A DNA stretch of 13,781 bases, from positions 1 to 13,781 of the IMG/VR virus record IMGVR_UViG_2531839665_000026; one strand, written 5' to 3'. Position numbers and translations under genes: made by a program. Source of the DNA: a virus (Duplodnaviria; Heunggongvirae; Uroviricota; Caudoviricetes). A model generated the notes under the pieces. The model worked only from the letters and a program-made list of their open reading frames with translations. It made no database searches and was not told the DNA's origin. Below, piece after piece: positions 12,777 to 13,781 of the stretch (position 1 is the first letter of the stretch; every line of letters begins with the position of its first letter).

Positions 12777-13781
12777 ATGTCGATTAAGAAGCTCGAAGAT
12801 GGTCGTTATTTGCTGGACATCAGGCCGAACGGACGCAAGGGAAAGCGCGTGCGTAAGGTATTTGACAAAAAATCGGTAGCGGTGGCCACTGAACGCTACA
12901 TCATGGCGAACGCTGAAAAGCGGGAATATATACAGGGCTACCGTGATCGTCGAACGCTAAATGATTTGCTTGAGTTGTGGTGGATGTATCACGGCCAGCA
13001 CAGGCGTAAGGCGGAAGAAGACCGAAAACAACTGCGCAACATAATCAATGAGCTTGGCGCTGATATGCAGGCTGTGGATCTTGATAAGCTGAAAATTATC
13101 GCGTGGCGTTCTCAAAAGATAGCTGATGGATTGAAACCGTCATCTGCTAACAGGTACATGAATCGGTTATCCGGAATGTTTACCGTGCTGAAAAAAATAG
13201 GTCTTTGGGATGCAGAACATCCAGTAAGGGGAATTTCTATTCTTTATGTATCTCCACGAGAAATGGCGTTCCTGTCACAGAAGGAAGTGGCGCTATTGCT
13301 CGATACACTGGAGGGCGACTACTGGCGTGTTGCGCTTTTGTGTTTAAGCACAGGGGCGCGCTGGAGTGAAGCTTGTAAGCTTCGTGGTGAACAGATAGTT
13401 CATAACCGTGTAACGTTTCTTGAAACCAAAAATGGCCGGAAGAGAACAGTGCCAATTTCGCAGGCAGTTTGTGAGGCGATCAAAACCAGAGAAACAGGCG
13501 GCTTGTTTGAGGTGAAGTACCGGGAATTCTGCCTGGCGCTGAAAAGAGTTAAGCCCGATTTACCAAAAGGCCAGGCTGCACATGTGCTGCGGCATACGTT
13601 CGCCAGCCATTTTGTGATGAACGGAGGAAACATTATTGCGCTTCAGAAGATTCTTGGTCACGCAACCATTCAGCAAACAATGGCATATGCGCATTTTGCA
13701 CCGGATTACCTGCAGGATGCGGTGGCCCTTAATCCGCTGAAAGGTGGCGTAAGTGTCCACGCAGTGTCCACGGGGGATTAA
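12777..13781 (+). CDS. int: P2-type tyrosine integrase (334 aa)
   Basis: From ATG at 12777 (GGAGGG SD with 7-nt spacer): MSIKKLEDGRYLLDIRPNGRKGKRVRKVFDKKS..., with the catalytic region ...LRHTFASHF...LGHATIQQTMAYAHFAPDYLQDAVALNP. This closely parallels P2 Int as I recall it. Stop codon at 13779-13781, the window edge. Confidence 0.9.
   Translation: MSIKKLEDGRYLLDIRPNGRKGKRVRKVFDKKSVAVATERYIMANAEKREYIQGYRDRRTLNDLLELWWMYHGQHRRKAEEDRKQLRNIINELGADMQAVDLDKLKIIAWRSQKIADGLKPSSANRYMNRLSGMFTVLKKIGLWDAEHPVRGISILYVSPREMAFLSQKEVALLLDTLEGDYWRVALLCLSTGARWSEACKLRGEQIVHNRVTFLETKNGRKRTVPISQAVCEAIKTRETGGLFEVKYREFCLALKRVKPDLPKGQAAHVLRHTFASHFVMNGGNIIALQKILGHATIQQTMAYAHFAPDYLQDAVALNPLKGGVSVHAVSTGD

Larger units (their letters stand above)
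1..13781. mobile_element. P2-family temperate phage / prophage segment (packaging genes, cos region, accessory locus, replication and lysogeny modules)
   Basis: Gene order O(-) P(+) Q(+) ... A(-) ... cox(-) C(+) int(+) is the reverse complement of the P2 prophage order int-C-cox-B-A-(tin/old)-cos-Q-P-O. Individual proteins are recognisable from their translations. Confidence 0.85.

Noticed and set aside
1-13781. CRISPR arrays, tRNA or rRNA genes, insertion sequences
   Set aside because: There are no regularly spaced short repeats with unique spacers, no cloverleaf-like segment, and no transposase-like ORF or terminal inverted repeats. The only repeats are the short regulatory-type ones listed as features.

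Overview
This 13.8 kb window is a slice of a P2-family temperate phage or prophage, read in reverse complement relative to the usual P2 map. Left to right: a partial capsid scaffold gene O (-, runs off the left edge); terminase ATPase P and portal Q (+), which here form one uninterrupted 932-codon frame; about 490 bp of structured non-coding DNA where cos is expected; a four-gene minus-strand cargo operon sitting where P2 carries tin/old; the rolling-circle replication initiator A (-); a run of small early genes (-) interrupted by a 320-bp structured non-coding island; Cox (-); the C repressor (+); and a P2-type tyrosine integrase (+) ending at the right edge. No rRNA, tRNA or CRISPR array was seen. 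The main candidate for a new system is the cargo operon at 3739-5744: a ParM-like actin-fold ATPase, a ParR-like protein, a small protein with a ClpX-type C4 zinc ribbon, and a 112-aa unknown. It is bracketed upstream by a duplicated 35-bp hairpin repeat and downstream by a stem-loop terminator. All homology calls rest on reading the translations and on recalled family features; no database search was run.
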